The notes: generated from the sequence alone by a model not told the origin. A stretch of DNA of 64,000 nucleotides from Longimicrobiales bacterium (GCA_965226625.1 CBDDDK010000001.1:36910-100909); one strand, 5' to 3'; positions 39,484 through 50,142 are shown, counted from the first letter of the stretch. Numbers and translations are program-made.

Positions 39484-39930
39484 ATGACTCTGCGGATGAT
39501 TCGAAACACCCGACCAGACCGCGTCGCGGCCGGGATTCGCATCGGCCTGGGAGTCCTGTTCGTGATGACCGGCGTGATGAAGCTGGCAGTCCCCGTCCTG
39601 GGAACAGCGTTCGCAGGGCAATTGGCTGCGGCGAACATCCCGTTGCAGGACGTGCAACGCTGGATAGTACCCTTCGTGGAGGTCGGGGTGGGCGGCGCGC
39701 TTCTGGTCGGGTTCTACACGCGAATCGCCACGATACTCGTTCTGAACATCATGGTGGTGGCAACCTACGTGCACCTGATGGTCAACGACCCTTCGCTGTT
39801 CCCGCTTCAACCCGAAGAGCCGATCATCCCAGCCGTGGTCATTGTCTTCTCCGCCTACACGCTTGTGCGCGGAGGCGGTTCCAAGAGCTTCGACCTGAGG
39901 GCATCGGAGGAGGTGCCAGTTTCGAGCTAG
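39484..39930 (+). CDS. DoxX-family membrane protein
   Basis: 148 aa with four TM segments. [34 protein letters not shown]. Confidence 0.75.
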   Translation: MTLRMIRNTRPDRVAAGIRIGLGVLFVMTGVMKLAVPVLGTAFAGQLAAANIPLQDVQRWIVPFVEVGVGGALLVGFYTRIATILVLNIMVVATYVHLMVNDPSLFPLQPEEPIIPAVVIVFSAYTLVRGGGSKSFDLRASEEVPVSS

Positions 39931-40070
39931 CTCGGTCTCTGAGGCCCCATCTTCTTCATGCCAGACGCGAGCGTCGCGGGGGGGATCCCGAGGGGCTACG
40001 CCGCCCCTCGAGGTCCAGCGTTCAAGATGAAACCACACCCAGACTGGCTAAGCGCGTGACCATAAGGACC

Positions 40071-41039
40071 ATGAAAGCAGCAGTCATTCGTGAGCCGGGA
40101 GCCCCCGAGGTACTGAGGATCGAGCAGATCCCCGTTCCGCGGCCGGTAGCCGGGTGGGTCCTCATCCGCGTGAAGGCGTTCGGTCTCAATCGCTCCGAGC
40201 TCTTCACCCGACAGGGATACTCACCCGGAGTCGAGTTTCCACGCGTGCTCGGTATCGAGGCGGTGGGCACCGTCGAGGAGCCCCCGGGTGCGGAGTTCTC
40301 ACCGGGGCAAACAGTGGCAACAGCCATGGGCGGCATGGGTCGGGCGTTCGACGGTGGCTACGCCGAGTACACGTGTGTGCCGGTCCGCCAAGTGGTGGCG
40401 CTCGACACCACCCTCGATTGGCAAATCCTAGGTGCCTTGCCCGAGATGATTCAAACCGCCTGGGGTTCGCTTAACAGCTCGCTCAAGCTGGAGAGCGGGC
40501 AATCATTGCTGATCCGGGGCGGGACTACATCGGTTGGCCTGGCCGCCGCGCCGCTCGCCAAAAAACAGGGCGCCACCGTGGCCGCCACGACGCGCAGAGT
40601 CGATCGCGAAGCCCTGCTTAAGGACAACGGTGCGGATCACGTCTTTATCGACGGCGGTGAGATCGCGAGAGATGTCCGCCGCGTGTTTCCTTCGGGCGTC
40701 GACAAGGTGCTCGAGCTCGTTGGGACCACCACGCTCCTCGACTCGCTCCAGTGCGCCGCACGCTTCGGTTCGGTGTGCATGACCGGCATCGTCGGCAACG
40801 CCTGGGAGCTCGATCGATTCACTCCAATGGGCGCGATACCGTCGACGGTCAGCCTCACGACGTACGCCGGCGAGGCCACCGATTTCGTAGAAACGCCGCT
40901 GCAGATGGTGGTAGACGAGGTAGAAGAGGGACGCATCTCGCCCAAGATCGGGCGTGTACTCACACTGGACGCCATCGTCGAAGCGCACCGCTGCATGGAG
41001 GACAACGCCGCAGGTGGCAAGATCGTCGTACTCACCTGA
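40071..41039 (+). CDS. Zinc-type alcohol dehydrogenase / NADPH:quinone oxidoreductase (MDR superfamily)
   Basis: [25 protein letters not shown]...[10 protein letters not shown]...[25 protein letters not shown]...GKIVVLT. The track start GTG 40056 is an alternative. Confidence 0.8.
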   Translation: MKAAVIREPGAPEVLRIEQIPVPRPVAGWVLIRVKAFGLNRSELFTRQGYSPGVEFPRVLGIEAVGTVEEPPGAEFSPGQTVATAMGGMGRAFDGGYAEYTCVPVRQVVALDTTLDWQILGALPEMIQTAWGSLNSSLKLESGQSLLIRGGTTSVGLAAAPLAKKQGATVAATTRRVDREALLKDNGADHVFIDGGEIARDVRRVFPSGVDKVLELVGTTTLLDSLQCAARFGSVCMTGIVGNAWELDRFTPMGAIPSTVSLTTYAGEATDFVETPLQMVVDEVEEGRISPKIGRVLTLDAIVEAHRCMEDNAAGGKIVVLT

Positions 41040-41119
41040 CCTCATATCCGGTCGCAACTCTTCAGCGGTATAGGCGCCGCGACCACAGGGAGTTCGACAA
41101 GGAAGGTCAAGAAACAGTT

Positions 41120-41860
41120 TCAGCCAAGTCGAATCACATCGTCGCGCGCAAACAGCGGGCCAACTCTCAAGTTCAGCGAAAGTGCGGTGTAGAGACTCGG
41201 CGGGACACCGATATCGGCCAGATAGAGCTCCCCAACCGCATCGCGTGCGGCCTCCGTAGCCAGGCCGGTCTTGGGAAGAGCCAAGGTCATGGTGGCGGCC
41301 GCCCGGATCGCGGGCTCGTATGTCTCCCCTGTGTTCGGATCCATCCCGGAAGGTACGTCGAGAGACAGAATCGGGGCGTTCTGCCGGTTGGCCCAACGAA
41401 TGAGTGTTGCGGCGCCGCCACGAGGGGCTCCCGCGAGACTGTACCCAATGATGCCCTCGATGATCAGATCGACAACGGGTCCGTCGCACAGCTCTTCCGG
41501 GCCTCCATGAGGAACCCCCATGGCTTCGAGGACGCCGAGCTGATTGCTCGGGACGGAAGAAAGAGCGGCTCGATCAGCGGATAGGAGGACCCTCACATCA
41601 GCACCCCAGTTGTGCAGACGGCGGGCGGCCACCAGAGCCCCACCGCCGTTTCCCCCTGTACCGGCCAAGACGACTGTTCGCATACCCCGAGGATCACCGT
41701 CGAAGAAGCGGTCACGGGCGAGGTGGGCAAGGTTGCGGCCGGCGTTCTCCATCATCTGCGGCAGCGAGATCCCGTAGTCCTCGATCATCGCTCGATCCAC
41801 TTCAGCCATCTGGTTCGTCGTCACGAACGGATGGAGGTCGCACGCCACACCCCTCCCCAC
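41120..41860 (-). CDS. NAD(P)H-hydrate epimerase (YjeF N-terminal domain)
   Basis: LMENAGRNLAHLA...VVLAGTGGNGGGALVAARRLHNWGADVRVLL...DLIIEGIIGYSL...LDVPSGMD. Confidence 0.75.
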   Translation of the reverse strand: MGRGVACDLHPFVTTNQMAEVDRAMIEDYGISLPQMMENAGRNLAHLARDRFFDGDPRGMRTVVLAGTGGNGGGALVAARRLHNWGADVRVLLSADRAALSSVPSNQLGVLEAMGVPHGGPEELCDGPVVDLIIEGIIGYSLAGAPRGGAATLIRWANRQNAPILSLDVPSGMDPNTGETYEPAIRAAATMTLALPKTGLATEAARDAVGELYLADIGVPPSLYTALSLNLRVGPLFARDDVIRLG

Positions 41861-41861
41861 C

Positions 41862-43301
41862 CTACAGTGCCTCTGAACGAATGACCGTCAGCTTCCTGAT
41901 CTGCATGTCCTCCATCGTATAGGGGATCCCCCCGACGCCCATGCCTGACTCCCTCAGGCCCGCGAACGGCATCCAATCCACGCGGAAAGCGGGGTGATCG
42001 TTCACCATCACCGCAGAGGCGTCGAGCCGGCGGGAAGCCCGAAGAGCAGTATCGAGATCCTTCGTGAACACCGACGCCTGGAAGGCGTAGGGAAGCGAGT
42101 TCGATCGGGAGATCGCGTCATCGATGTCGTCGTACGGGTACACGCACACGACCGGACCGAAGATTTCCGAGGTCGAGACCCTAGCGTCGCCGGGCGGCTC
42201 GTACAGCACGGTGGGCGCGTAACACGTTTCCGAGGCGGGTCCGCCACCGGCGAGAAGCTCACCACCCCGATCGACCGCTTCCTTCACCCACTCTGCCACG
42301 CGCGAGACTTCGGCTGGACGGATCAGGGGGCCTACCTCGGTGTCCGGACGGGTCGGATCTCCGACCTCGAGAGCCGTCGCCGCTTCGGCAAGGCGCTCGG
42401 CCAAATCGTGAGAGATACTCCGGTGGGCGAACACACGCTGAACCGAAACGCAGACCTGGCCCGCGTGGTAGAATCCACCCTTGCTGATCAGGGGGAGAGC
42501 GCGCTCGAGGTCCGCGTCCTCCGCCACCAGGACAGGTGCCGCACCACCGTGTTCCAGGGCACAGCGGGTGCCAGGCGCGAGCTTGGAGCGCAACATCCAA
42601 CCCACACGAGCGCTGCCGATGAAGCTGAAGAAGCCCACCCTTCGGTCAGTGGCCAGGGATCCGGCGACGTCCAGATCGGTGGTCACGAGGCCCTGGCACC
42701 ATTCCTCCGGGAGACCCGCCTCGCGGAGAATTCCCACGAAGCGCATCCCCGACAGGGGCGTTGCCTCGGCCGGTTTGACGATGCATGGACACCCGGTCGC
42801 GACGGCCGGCCCTACCTGGTGGACGATCAGGTTCAACGGATGGTTGAAGGCGCTGAACGCGACCACGACGCCAATGGGCTCATGGCGGGTGAACGCCAAT
42901 CGATTCGCCGACGCGGCGTTGAGTCCCATCGGGACTTCCTCGCCGTGCTGCGTGCGCAGGAACTCTACACACTCGTGCACACCATCGACCGCCCGATCCA
43001 CCTCGACCCGCGAATCGACGAGCGGCTTTCCGCCCTCCCGGGCGGCTTCGACCGCTAGCTTCTCTCGTCGCTCGTGCATGATAGCGGCAGCGCGCCTCAG
43101 AATCTCGATCCGGCGGGCCGGGCTGAGCCAACCGTCCCGGTCGCGGAAGAGTCGGTAGGCCGTGTCCAGTGCCTTTTCCACGACCTGCGGTCCCCCGCGC
43201 TCCACGGTGGCGATCAGACTGCGATCGTAGGGCGCACGAACGTCCATAGGCGCACTCTCCGGCGCCGCGCCCGGAACCATGAGTGGGAAATACTCAGGCA
43301 T
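41862..43301 (-). CDS. NAD(P)-dependent aldehyde dehydrogenase
   Basis: 479 aa. FNHPLNLIVHQVGPAVATGCPCIVKPAE, ALEHGGAAP and GFYHAGQVCVSVQRV (catalytic Cys), EEIFGPV-like SEIFGPV. Confidence 0.85.
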   Translation of the reverse strand: MPEYFPLMVPGAAPESAPMDVRAPYDRSLIATVERGGPQVVEKALDTAYRLFRDRDGWLSPARRIEILRRAAAIMHERREKLAVEAAREGGKPLVDSRVEVDRAVDGVHECVEFLRTQHGEEVPMGLNAASANRLAFTRHEPIGVVVAFSAFNHPLNLIVHQVGPAVATGCPCIVKPAEATPLSGMRFVGILREAGLPEEWCQGLVTTDLDVAGSLATDRRVGFFSFIGSARVGWMLRSKLAPGTRCALEHGGAAPVLVAEDADLERALPLISKGGFYHAGQVCVSVQRVFAHRSISHDLAERLAEAATALEVGDPTRPDTEVGPLIRPAEVSRVAEWVKEAVDRGGELLAGGGPASETCYAPTVLYEPPGDARVSTSEIFGPVVCVYPYDDIDDAISRSNSLPYAFQASVFTKDLDTALRASRRLDASAVMVNDHPAFRVDWMPFAGLRESGMGVGGIPYTMEDMQIRKLTVIRSEAL

Positions 43302-43337
43302 ACTCGTATCTCCTGTCGTTCGGTCTCACCCGGGGTC

Positions 43338-44972
43338 CTATATGGGACAGATCAGATCTCCCAGCTTCTCCGTCAGTTTCATATTCTCCGAGTAATCCAC
43401 AGGACAGTCGATGATCACTACGGTGTCGTCGGCGATGGCCTGCTTCAGCGTCGGCACCAACTCGTCGGCGCTCTCGACCCGATAGCCCTTGGCGCCGAAG
43501 CTCTCCGCGAACATCACAAAGTCGGGATTGTCGAAGGCGATGTGGCTGGGTCGTCCGAAGTGCCGCTGTTGGTGCCAATGGATCAGACCGTACTCGCTGT
43601 CGTTCCAGATGAGAATGATGATCGGAGTCCCGATACGGAGCGCAGTCTCGATCTCCTGGCAATTCATGAGGAACCCGGCGTCGCCGGTGATCGTTACCGC
43701 CGTGCACTCGGGACGGGCCAGCTTCGCTGCGATGGCTCCTGGCACGCCGATTCCCATCGAGGCGAAGCCGTTCGAGATGATGCACGTGTTGGGCCGCTCA
43801 GCCTCGTAGAGCCGGGCGGTCCACATCTTGTGGGCCCCCACGTCGCTGATGACGATATCGTCCGGGGCGAGTACCTGACGGAGGTCCCAGAGGATGCGCT
43901 GTGGCACCATCGGAAACGCCGGATTCTCCGCGTGCTCGGAGTGCTCCTGGAGCACCAGGTCGCGCAGCGCTCCTAGCTTGGGGTTGTCCTGGGGCCGCGC
44001 CGCTTCACCGATCCGCCGCAGTGATTCACCGATGTCGCCGATGACTCCGGCCGCCAGCACGTAGTGCTCGTCCACCTCGGCGGGCGTCCCATCTATATGT
44101 AGGATTTGCGCGTGTTTCTCGGGATGCCACAGGTAGGGGTGATACTCGACCATGTCGTAGCCTACGCAGATGATCACGTCTGCACGGTCCAATCCGCAGC
44201 TCACGTAGTCGTGGGCCTGCAATCCCACGGTACCGAGGCTGAAGGGGTGTGAGAACGGTATCGCTCCCTTCGCCATGAAGGTGGTCGCGACGGGTATCCG
44301 GAGCCTCTCCGCAAACGCCTGGAGCTGAGCCGTGCCTCCGGAGCGGATGACACCGTTGCCCGCCATGATGATCGGGTGCTCCGCGCTCGAGATTATCTCA
44401 GCGGCCTGCGCGATCTTCGCTTCAGAAGCCTCGGGGGTGGGGGCCGCCTGCACCTTGAGCGGCTCCTTCCCTTCTACGTCGGAGCCGGCAACATTCTCGG
44501 GAAATGCGATGAAGCTGACGCCCGGTTTCTCCGCGATCGCCTGTTTGAACGCCTTGCGAACCACCTCCGGAATGGTCTCCGGGTCCATGATCCGTGTACT
44601 GTACTGGGATATGGGAGCGAAGAGGGTGACCAGGTCAAGGTACTGGTGACTCTCCTTGTGCATGCGCGTCGTGGCCGCTTGGGCCGCGATCGCCACGAGA
44701 GGCGCCCGGTCCATGTTCGCGTCCGCTACGCCGGTCATCAGGTTCGTGGCGCCCGGACCGAGGGTCGACAGGCACACCCCCGCTCTGCCCGTGAGTCGTC
44801 CGTACACGTCGGCCATGAACGCCGCGCCCTGCTCATGGCGCGTGGTGATGAAGCGGATCGGGCTGTCGAGCAAGACATCCATCGTATCGATGTTCTCCTC
44901 GCCCGGGATGCCGAAGATGTATTCTACGTCTTCGTTCTCGAGGCATCGGACGAGAAGCTCAGCAGCTTTCAT
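43338..44972 (-). CDS. Acetolactate synthase-type ThDP enzyme (catabolic AlsS-like large subunit)
   Basis: 544 aa. MKAAELLVRCLENEDVEYIFGIPGEENIDTMD...RHEQGAAFMADVYGRLTGRAGVCLSTLGPGATNL...GDAGFLMNCQEIETA. Confidence 0.8.
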   Translation of the reverse strand: MKAAELLVRCLENEDVEYIFGIPGEENIDTMDVLLDSPIRFITTRHEQGAAFMADVYGRLTGRAGVCLSTLGPGATNLMTGVADANMDRAPLVAIAAQAATTRMHKESHQYLDLVTLFAPISQYSTRIMDPETIPEVVRKAFKQAIAEKPGVSFIAFPENVAGSDVEGKEPLKVQAAPTPEASEAKIAQAAEIISSAEHPIIMAGNGVIRSGGTAQLQAFAERLRIPVATTFMAKGAIPFSHPFSLGTVGLQAHDYVSCGLDRADVIICVGYDMVEYHPYLWHPEKHAQILHIDGTPAEVDEHYVLAAGVIGDIGESLRRIGEAARPQDNPKLGALRDLVLQEHSEHAENPAFPMVPQRILWDLRQVLAPDDIVISDVGAHKMWTARLYEAERPNTCIISNGFASMGIGVPGAIAAKLARPECTAVTITGDAGFLMNCQEIETALRIGTPIIILIWNDSEYGLIHWHQQRHFGRPSHIAFDNPDFVMFAESFGAKGYRVESADELVPTLKQAIADDTVVIIDCPVDYSENMKLTEKLGDLICPI

Positions 44973-45168
44973 GTGTCGCTCCCCTTGCTCTGTACTCGCA
45001 GTCCACGGACTACAACCGCCGAATCACGAGGAGACGTACCCGCAGAGTCTTGTGAACCGGACGTTGGGCGCTGACGGAATGATAGACGTGCAGAGCGTGG
45101 AAGGCACTGCAGGAACGTGTGTAGGAGAACGTTATGATCCAGGGGCGCGTGCCCCGAAGGGGGACCAG

Positions 45169-45594
45169 ATGATCCGAGTTGCTCTCGATTTCGCCCGTAC
45201 GATGCTCCGCTTCCCTGCCGGCTGGCTCGTGTGGATCGCTGCACTCATGCTCGTCAACGGCGCGTTGCCGATTGTGTTCCTCCCGGCGCCGGAGGCCGTC
45301 GTCACGCTCGCGACCTTCATGTTGGCTGCGATGCTGCAGATGGCGCTCTTCGGTCGACTCGGTTTCGTCCGTCTCCTCGGGATCGGCCACGTCCCATGGT
45401 TGGCACTGGTCCCATGGGCCTGGCTGCGTAGCGGAGCCCTGCCCCTCGCTTCTCCGATGCGCATCTGGCTGATCGTCCTCGTCCTGCTCAACACCGGTTC
45501 ACTCGTCATCGACGCGGCCGACGTCGTACGCTACCTACGCGGAGAGCGGGAGCCTGTCTTGACGCTAGATGAAGGCCCCGACCTCATACCATGA
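45169..45594 (+). CDS. Hypothetical small membrane protein (4 TM)
   Basis: Internal ATG of track ORF 44656..45594: MIRVALDFARTMLRFPAGWLVWIAALMLVNGALPIVFL... No family recognised. Confidence 0.4.
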   Translation: MIRVALDFARTMLRFPAGWLVWIAALMLVNGALPIVFLPAPEAVVTLATFMLAAMLQMALFGRLGFVRLLGIGHVPWLALVPWAWLRSGALPLASPMRIWLIVLVLLNTGSLVIDAADVVRYLRGEREPVLTLDEGPDLIP

Positions 45595-46479
45595 ATTCGA
45601 GGACGAGAACGAGAATTCCCACGCACCCGAATACGACTCCCAGTCCCTTTTCCATGGTGTGTGCTGGGAGGTACTTCCCCACTCGGCTTCCGATAGTGCT
45701 CCCGATCAAGACCCCCGGGATGCTCCACCCGACTACTTGCCAAACCGGTTGTGCCGAGAGCGCGTGAATCCCAGCGCCCACGGCTGCCACGATCGCGAGC
45801 GTAAAGACGCTGGTGGCGATGGCGACGCGCGGTGGTATTCGGCAGCGCACCACGAGCTGAGTTGTAGAGATCTCAGGTAGGCCGGCGCTGATCATTCCGG
45901 TGAGCACGCCGCCCACCGCTGCCATCAGCACACCAGGCACCCTCCAACACGTAGGGTACTCGTACACCGAACCGTCCCGCGCTCGGATCACCGTCGTCCC
46001 CTTAGCCGACGACTTCCGGTCGATCAAGGGCACTGCCCTGTCTCCAGCCGCCGACTCTTGCGGGAGCGGACGAGAATCAAGAACGCGCTCAGAACGAGCA
46101 GGCCGATTCCGAAGACCCCCTTGAGGACTCGGTCCGACACCATGTCGGCGTCTACCGCACCCAGCACCACCGCGGGCACGCTCCCCAGCAGAAGCCACCG
46201 CGCCGTCGCGTAGTCCACGAGCTTCACTTTCACGTAGGAGCGAAGGCCGTTACCCATCCCGAATACTTCAGTCAGGAGACCCGCCCCCACCGCCTGCACA
46301 GGTGTGAGACCTACGACGAGCATGAAGAATGGGCTAAAGAAAAGTGCCCCGGAAACCCCCGAACCGATCGCCACGGTCGAGAAGGCGATGGACGCCGGAA
46401 AGACCCACCATAGCTGCGAGAACGTATGCACGGGTTTTGTCCTTTCGCTGCCGTGTAATGAATTGCCGTGTTCGTTCAC
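45584..46479 (-). pseudogene. TauE/SafE (DUF81) sulfite-exporter-family membrane protein, apparently frameshifted
   Basis: The N-terminal half is in ORF 46024..46479 (..IGSGVSGALFFSPFFMLVVGLTPVQAVGAGLLTEVFGMGNGL..). The C-terminal half is in another frame, in ORF 45584..46198 (..GVLMAAVGGVLTGMISAGLPEISTTQLVVRCRIPPRVAIATSVF..). The frames switch around 46030-46060. Confidence 0.6.
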
Positions 46480-46561
46480 TCACTGGCAAGTGACATAGTC
46501 CGGTCGATGGTCTGGCTGGATTCTCTGACCCTAAAGAACATACATGACGAGGACATAAAAA

Positions 46562-47008
46562 ATGAGCACGAGAGAACTGAAGTGGGGCGCATACGGCGGT
46601 GTCGCGGGCGGTTTGATCTTCGGAGGGATGATGGGCGTGATGGGCATGCTTACGATGATCGGAAGCATGGTCGGCCAACCCACGGCCGCAGTCGGTTTCG
46701 TTGTGCACATGGTGAACAGTACGATCATCGGAGCAGCATTCGCGATCGTACTCGGCCGGTTCGTGCGCGGCACGGCGAGCGGGCTGGACGCCGGCCTGGC
46801 GTACGGTGGAGTCTGGTGGATTCTGGGACCCCTCACTCTGATACCGCTCTTCATGGGTATGGGCTTCGGCGTGAACTGGAATGCCACCGCTGCTGCGGCC
46901 ATGCTGCCCAGCTTGGTCGGTCACTTGATGTACGGCAGCGTGCTCGGCGTGACTTACATCTGGCTCCGTCAACACGATGCGAGCCCGGTGCTAGCTACCG
47001 CGGAGTGA
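46562..47008 (+). CDS. Hypothetical Gly-rich membrane protein (4 TM)
   Basis: 148-aa coherent hydrophobic ORF (GGVAGGLIFGGMMGVMGMLTMIGSMVG...). Family not recognised. Confidence 0.45.
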   Translation: MSTRELKWGAYGGVAGGLIFGGMMGVMGMLTMIGSMVGQPTAAVGFVVHMVNSTIIGAAFAIVLGRFVRGTASGLDAGLAYGGVWWILGPLTLIPLFMGMGFGVNWNATAAAAMLPSLVGHLMYGSVLGVTYIWLRQHDASPVLATAE

Positions 47009-47089
47009 ATCAAACGCGCGGACGGCGGATGCGTCGGGGAGGGGGCGCGTGAACGGGCGCCGGCTCCCCGACGCGGACGGCAGTGTGCG

Positions 47090-47350
47090 CTAAGGCGCGC
47101 CGCCCTCGTCGCGGGCGCGCGACACATGGTCCATGATCGATCCCTCGAGCCGCAGCGCCGTCTCCTGGCTCATTGAATCGGTGCTCAACACCTCTCGCCC
47201 GATACGACCTATCAAGGCGAGCTCCTCGGCATGCTGTCGGCACGGATCGCAGGACCGGAGATGTAGACGCGTCATCAGCCGCGTGGGCCAGCTAGCGTAC
47301 GCCAGTTCGTCGCTCGCGATGAGATAGATGATGTCTCGACAGTTCTTCAT
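47090..47350 (-). CDS. Putative anti-sigma factor (zf-HC2)
   Basis: 86 aa directly downstream of the ECF sigma gene. H-x3-C-x2-C motif HLRSCDPC. Confidence 0.6.
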   Translation of the reverse strand: MKNCRDIIYLIASDELAYASWPTRLMTRLHLRSCDPCRQHAEELALIGRIGREVLSTDSMSQETALRLEGSIMDHVSRARDEGGAP

Positions 47351-47360
47351 GCCCTTCCCC

Positions 47361-47954
47361 TCAAGCGTTGGTCTTCAGGCACTCGCGTAGCCGCGTTCGA
47401 GCCCGATGCAACAGCACTCCTAGGTTAGTGCGCGTGACACCGAGAATCTTACACGTCTCTTCGCTGCCGAGCTCCTCGACCTCACGGAGCACAAAGGCCA
47501 TTCTCTGTTTGCCCGGGACGGTCTCCAGGCACCCCTTGATCTCCCGTCGCACTTCGGACGCATAGACGCCTGAGTCCACAGGGGGTGGGGGTCGGACCCA
47601 GCCGCCATCCGCGTTGAACTCCTGCTCGAACACGTCATCGATGTCCTCCGTCGCCTCTTCCCGGCCGGCTTTCCGTCTCGCCTCCGCAATCTTCCGGTAA
47701 AGGATTCCGAACAGCCAGGTCCGCACTCGCGAGCGCCCCTCGAACCGGTGTGCCGTTTCCAGAAAGGTGAGGAACGTCGATTGTACCACATCCTCGGCGA
47801 TTTGCCCCTCCAGCCCAGCTCCTCCCGCGGCACGGAGCATCTGCGGTAGATAGACATGCACGACTTCCTGAACGGCTTCAGGGTCACGCTCGCGGATCGC
47901 GGCAGCGAGACCCGGAGGATCCCTATCTCCGGTGCTGAGGTCGTACCGCCCCAT
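47361..47954 (-). CDS. ECF-type RNA polymerase sigma-70 factor
   Basis: Region 2 (EDVVQSTFLTFLETAHRFEGRSRVRTWLFGILYRKI) and region 4 HTH (ELGSEETCKILGVTRTNLGVLLHRARTRLRECL). Confidence 0.85.
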   Translation of the reverse strand: MGRYDLSTGDRDPPGLAAAIRERDPEAVQEVVHVYLPQMLRAAGGAGLEGQIAEDVVQSTFLTFLETAHRFEGRSRVRTWLFGILYRKIAEARRKAGREEATEDIDDVFEQEFNADGGWVRPPPPVDSGVYASEVRREIKGCLETVPGKQRMAFVLREVEELGSEETCKILGVTRTNLGVLLHRARTRLRECLKTNA

Positions 47955-48331
47955 TGCGTCAGAGAGTTGGAGTGCGAGGGGCGAGCAACGTAGTCAATCG
48001 CAACCTTCGTGCATCACTAGCAGGCGACGGAAAGTATCGAGCTTCGCGTTTCTGACCACACGGCGAGAAGGAGTCCATCTGCGCTACTTCGGTTACGGGG
48101 GTTCGGGAATCATAATCCGGGATTACGTGCGCGAATACGTCGAGGGGGCGTTGATATTGGACATCATCGACGGTGGCAAGAACGAGCATCTGAGAGGCTT
48201 GTCCGGCCTGAGAAGGTAGACCAATACCTATTCGAGGCGGTGCAGAAGATCCTGGAGGGCTTTCCTCCACAGGCATAGGCAACCTGAGCGACACACCTCC
48301 CGCAAGACTAAGATAGATTCTGGATGGCACA

Positions 48332-49311
48332 CGTAAAGAGCGTCTCGACGCCCACGCGCCCCAACCACCGCCGCACGAGCTTCGCGGTGAACTCCGGTCC
48401 GTTGTCCGACCTCAGATACTCGGGAGGCCCGTGTCGGACGAACAGATCGGCCAGCACCTCGAGCACGTCGTGGGCTCGGATCTTGCGAGCCACCACAATC
48501 GCCAGGCACTCCCTCGTGTGCTCGTCCAGCACTGTCAGCAGCTTCAGCGCACGCCCGTCGTGCGTCCTCGAGGCCACGAAATCGTACGACCAGACGTGGC
48601 CCCGATACAGCGGCCTCAGCCGGATGCACGATCCGTCGTTGAGCCACAGCCGACCTCGCTTCGGCTGCCGCTGCGGCACCTTCAGCCCCTCCTGCCTCCA
48701 GATCCGCTCCACCCGCTTGTGGTTCACCCCCCAGCCCTCGATGCGGAGCATGTCCGTGACGCGTCGGTAGCCGTAGCGGCCGAATCGACTCGCGAGTCGC
48801 ACGATATCACCTCGGAGCGCCCCCTCGTCACTCGCCACTTTCCTCACCCGGCGCTGGGTCGTGCGTGGCTGTCCGAGCACCCGGCACGCTCTCCTCTCCG
48901 ACGCCCCGAGCTGCTGACGTACACGCACCACACAACGTCGTCGGCGCTCGGGGCTCAGAAGTTTCCCTTGGCCGCTTCCTCCAGAATCAGCTTGTCCAGT
49001 GTCAAGTCCGCCACTGCTCGCTTCAGGCGCCCGTTCTCGCGCTCGAGCTCCTTCAGGCGCCGTGCCTGGCTCACCTTCATCCCGCCGTACTCCCGCCTCC
49101 ACCGGTAGTACGTCTGCTCGGTGATGCCGAGCTCCCGGCTCATCAGCTTCACGGATTTGCCGCGGGCCAGACCCACCTCTGCCTCCCGCAGTGCAGTGAT
49201 GATCTGCTCCGGAGTGTGTCGCTTCCTTCCCATCCTGACCTCCTCGTTGAAAAGCTTCAGACCAGGTCGATCCTAACATTGCACCTGGTCTCGTTTCAGG
49301 GGGTCAGGTCA
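48332..49311 (-). mobile_element. IS3-family (IS407-group-like) insertion sequence, 3-prime truncated
   Basis: The terminal sequence on the minus strand, TGACCTGACCCCCTGAAACG, ends at 49311. orfA is intact. The orfB (rve) frame reads ...YRGHVWSYDFV...LTVLDEHTRECL...SDNGPEFT...RWLGRVGVETLF and then loses homology at about 48331, before the expected EPGSPWENGY block. Confidence 0.75.
48955..49233 (-). CDS. IS3-family transposase OrfA (HTH)
   Basis: MGRKRHTPEQIITALREAEVGLARGKSVKLMSRELGITEQTYYRWRREYGGMKVSQARRLKELERENGRLKRAVADLTLDK. Confidence 0.8.
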   Translation of the reverse strand: MGRKRHTPEQIITALREAEVGLARGKSVKLMSRELGITEQTYYRWRREYGGMKVSQARRLKELERENGRLKRAVADLTLDKLILEEAAKGNF

Positions 49312-49503
49312 GCGGAAGCCGGCTCGAGATGCTTGACGGGTCACGCGCCCGAACCTGCGCGGCCACAACTGTCCGACGACCGTCTACCGCATCAAAGGGT
49401 AGCTAGATAGCACGTACCGACACGCCGATTGTCGGTATATTGCATGATCTTCTGTTGGCACGATTAACGATAGTCGTTAAGTTAATTCAAGGAGATTATT
49501 GCG

Positions 49504-49800
49504 ATGATCGTTTCGTTCAAAAACAAAGCCACCCAGCAGATCGCCGACGCGGAGAACACGAAGCCCGCTCGCAAAGTGCTGCCGCTTGAACTGCACGACA
49601 TCGCTCGCCGGAAGATCGACATCCTCGACTTCGCGCCCTCGCTCGGTTCGCTGGCGAAGGTGCCAGGTAATAGACTTGAAAAGCTAGTCGGGGACCGTGA
49701 CGGGCAGCACAGCATTAGGATCAACGATCAATACCGGATCTGCTTCCGCTGGACGGACGCCGGTCCCATTGAAGTGGAGGTTACCGACTACCACGATTGA
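49504..49800 (+). CDS. higB: HigB-type toxin (RelE/ParE superfamily, plasmid maintenance killer protein)
   Basis: MIVSFKNKATQQI...LDFAPSLGSLAKVPGNRLEKLVGDRDGQHSIRINDQYRICFRWTDAGPIEVEVTDYH matches the HigB family layout. Confidence 0.8.
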   Translation: MIVSFKNKATQQIADAENTKPARKVLPLELHDIARRKIDILDFAPSLGSLAKVPGNRLEKLVGDRDGQHSIRINDQYRICFRWTDAGPIEVEVTDYHD

Positions 49801-49836
49801 GGACGCAGAGAAGGCCACCACAAAAAGGAGACAAAC

Positions 49837-50142
49837 ATGACTTGGGTGCGGAAGACCCGCCCAACACATCCCGGTGTGATCCTCCTAGAGGATTTCATGA
49901 AGCCGCTAGGGATGAAGCAGACCGTGCTCGCCAAAGCGATCGGAGTGTCCACGGTTCGGGTGAACGAGCTCGTGAAGGGCAAGAGGCGCATCACGACGGA
50001 CACGGCCGTGCGGCTAGGCAAGTTGTTCGACATCGAGCCCGAGTTCTGGCTGAACGGCCAGCAGGCTCACGACCTTTGGGATACGCGCCGGAATCGGAAG
50101 GTGCAGCGCGCGCTCGAGAAGATCACGACAGTCGCCCTGTAG
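49837..50142 (+). CDS. higA: HigA-type antitoxin (XRE HTH)
   Basis: HPGVILLEDFMKPLGMKQTVLAKAIGVSTVRVNELVKGKRRITTDTAVRLGKLFDIEPEFWLNGQ. Lies 37 nt downstream of higB. Confidence 0.8.
   Translation: MTWVRKTRPTHPGVILLEDFMKPLGMKQTVLAKAIGVSTVRVNELVKGKRRITTDTAVRLGKLFDIEPEFWLNGQQAHDLWDTRRNRKVQRALEKITTVAL

Noticed and set aside
47955-48331. Short plus-strand ORF 47932..48219 (..GALILDIIDGGKNEHLRGL..) between the ECF sigma gene and the truncated IS
   Set aside because: It has no recognisable domain or ribosome-binding site and lies at a rearrangement junction, so it is probably non-coding or a fragment.
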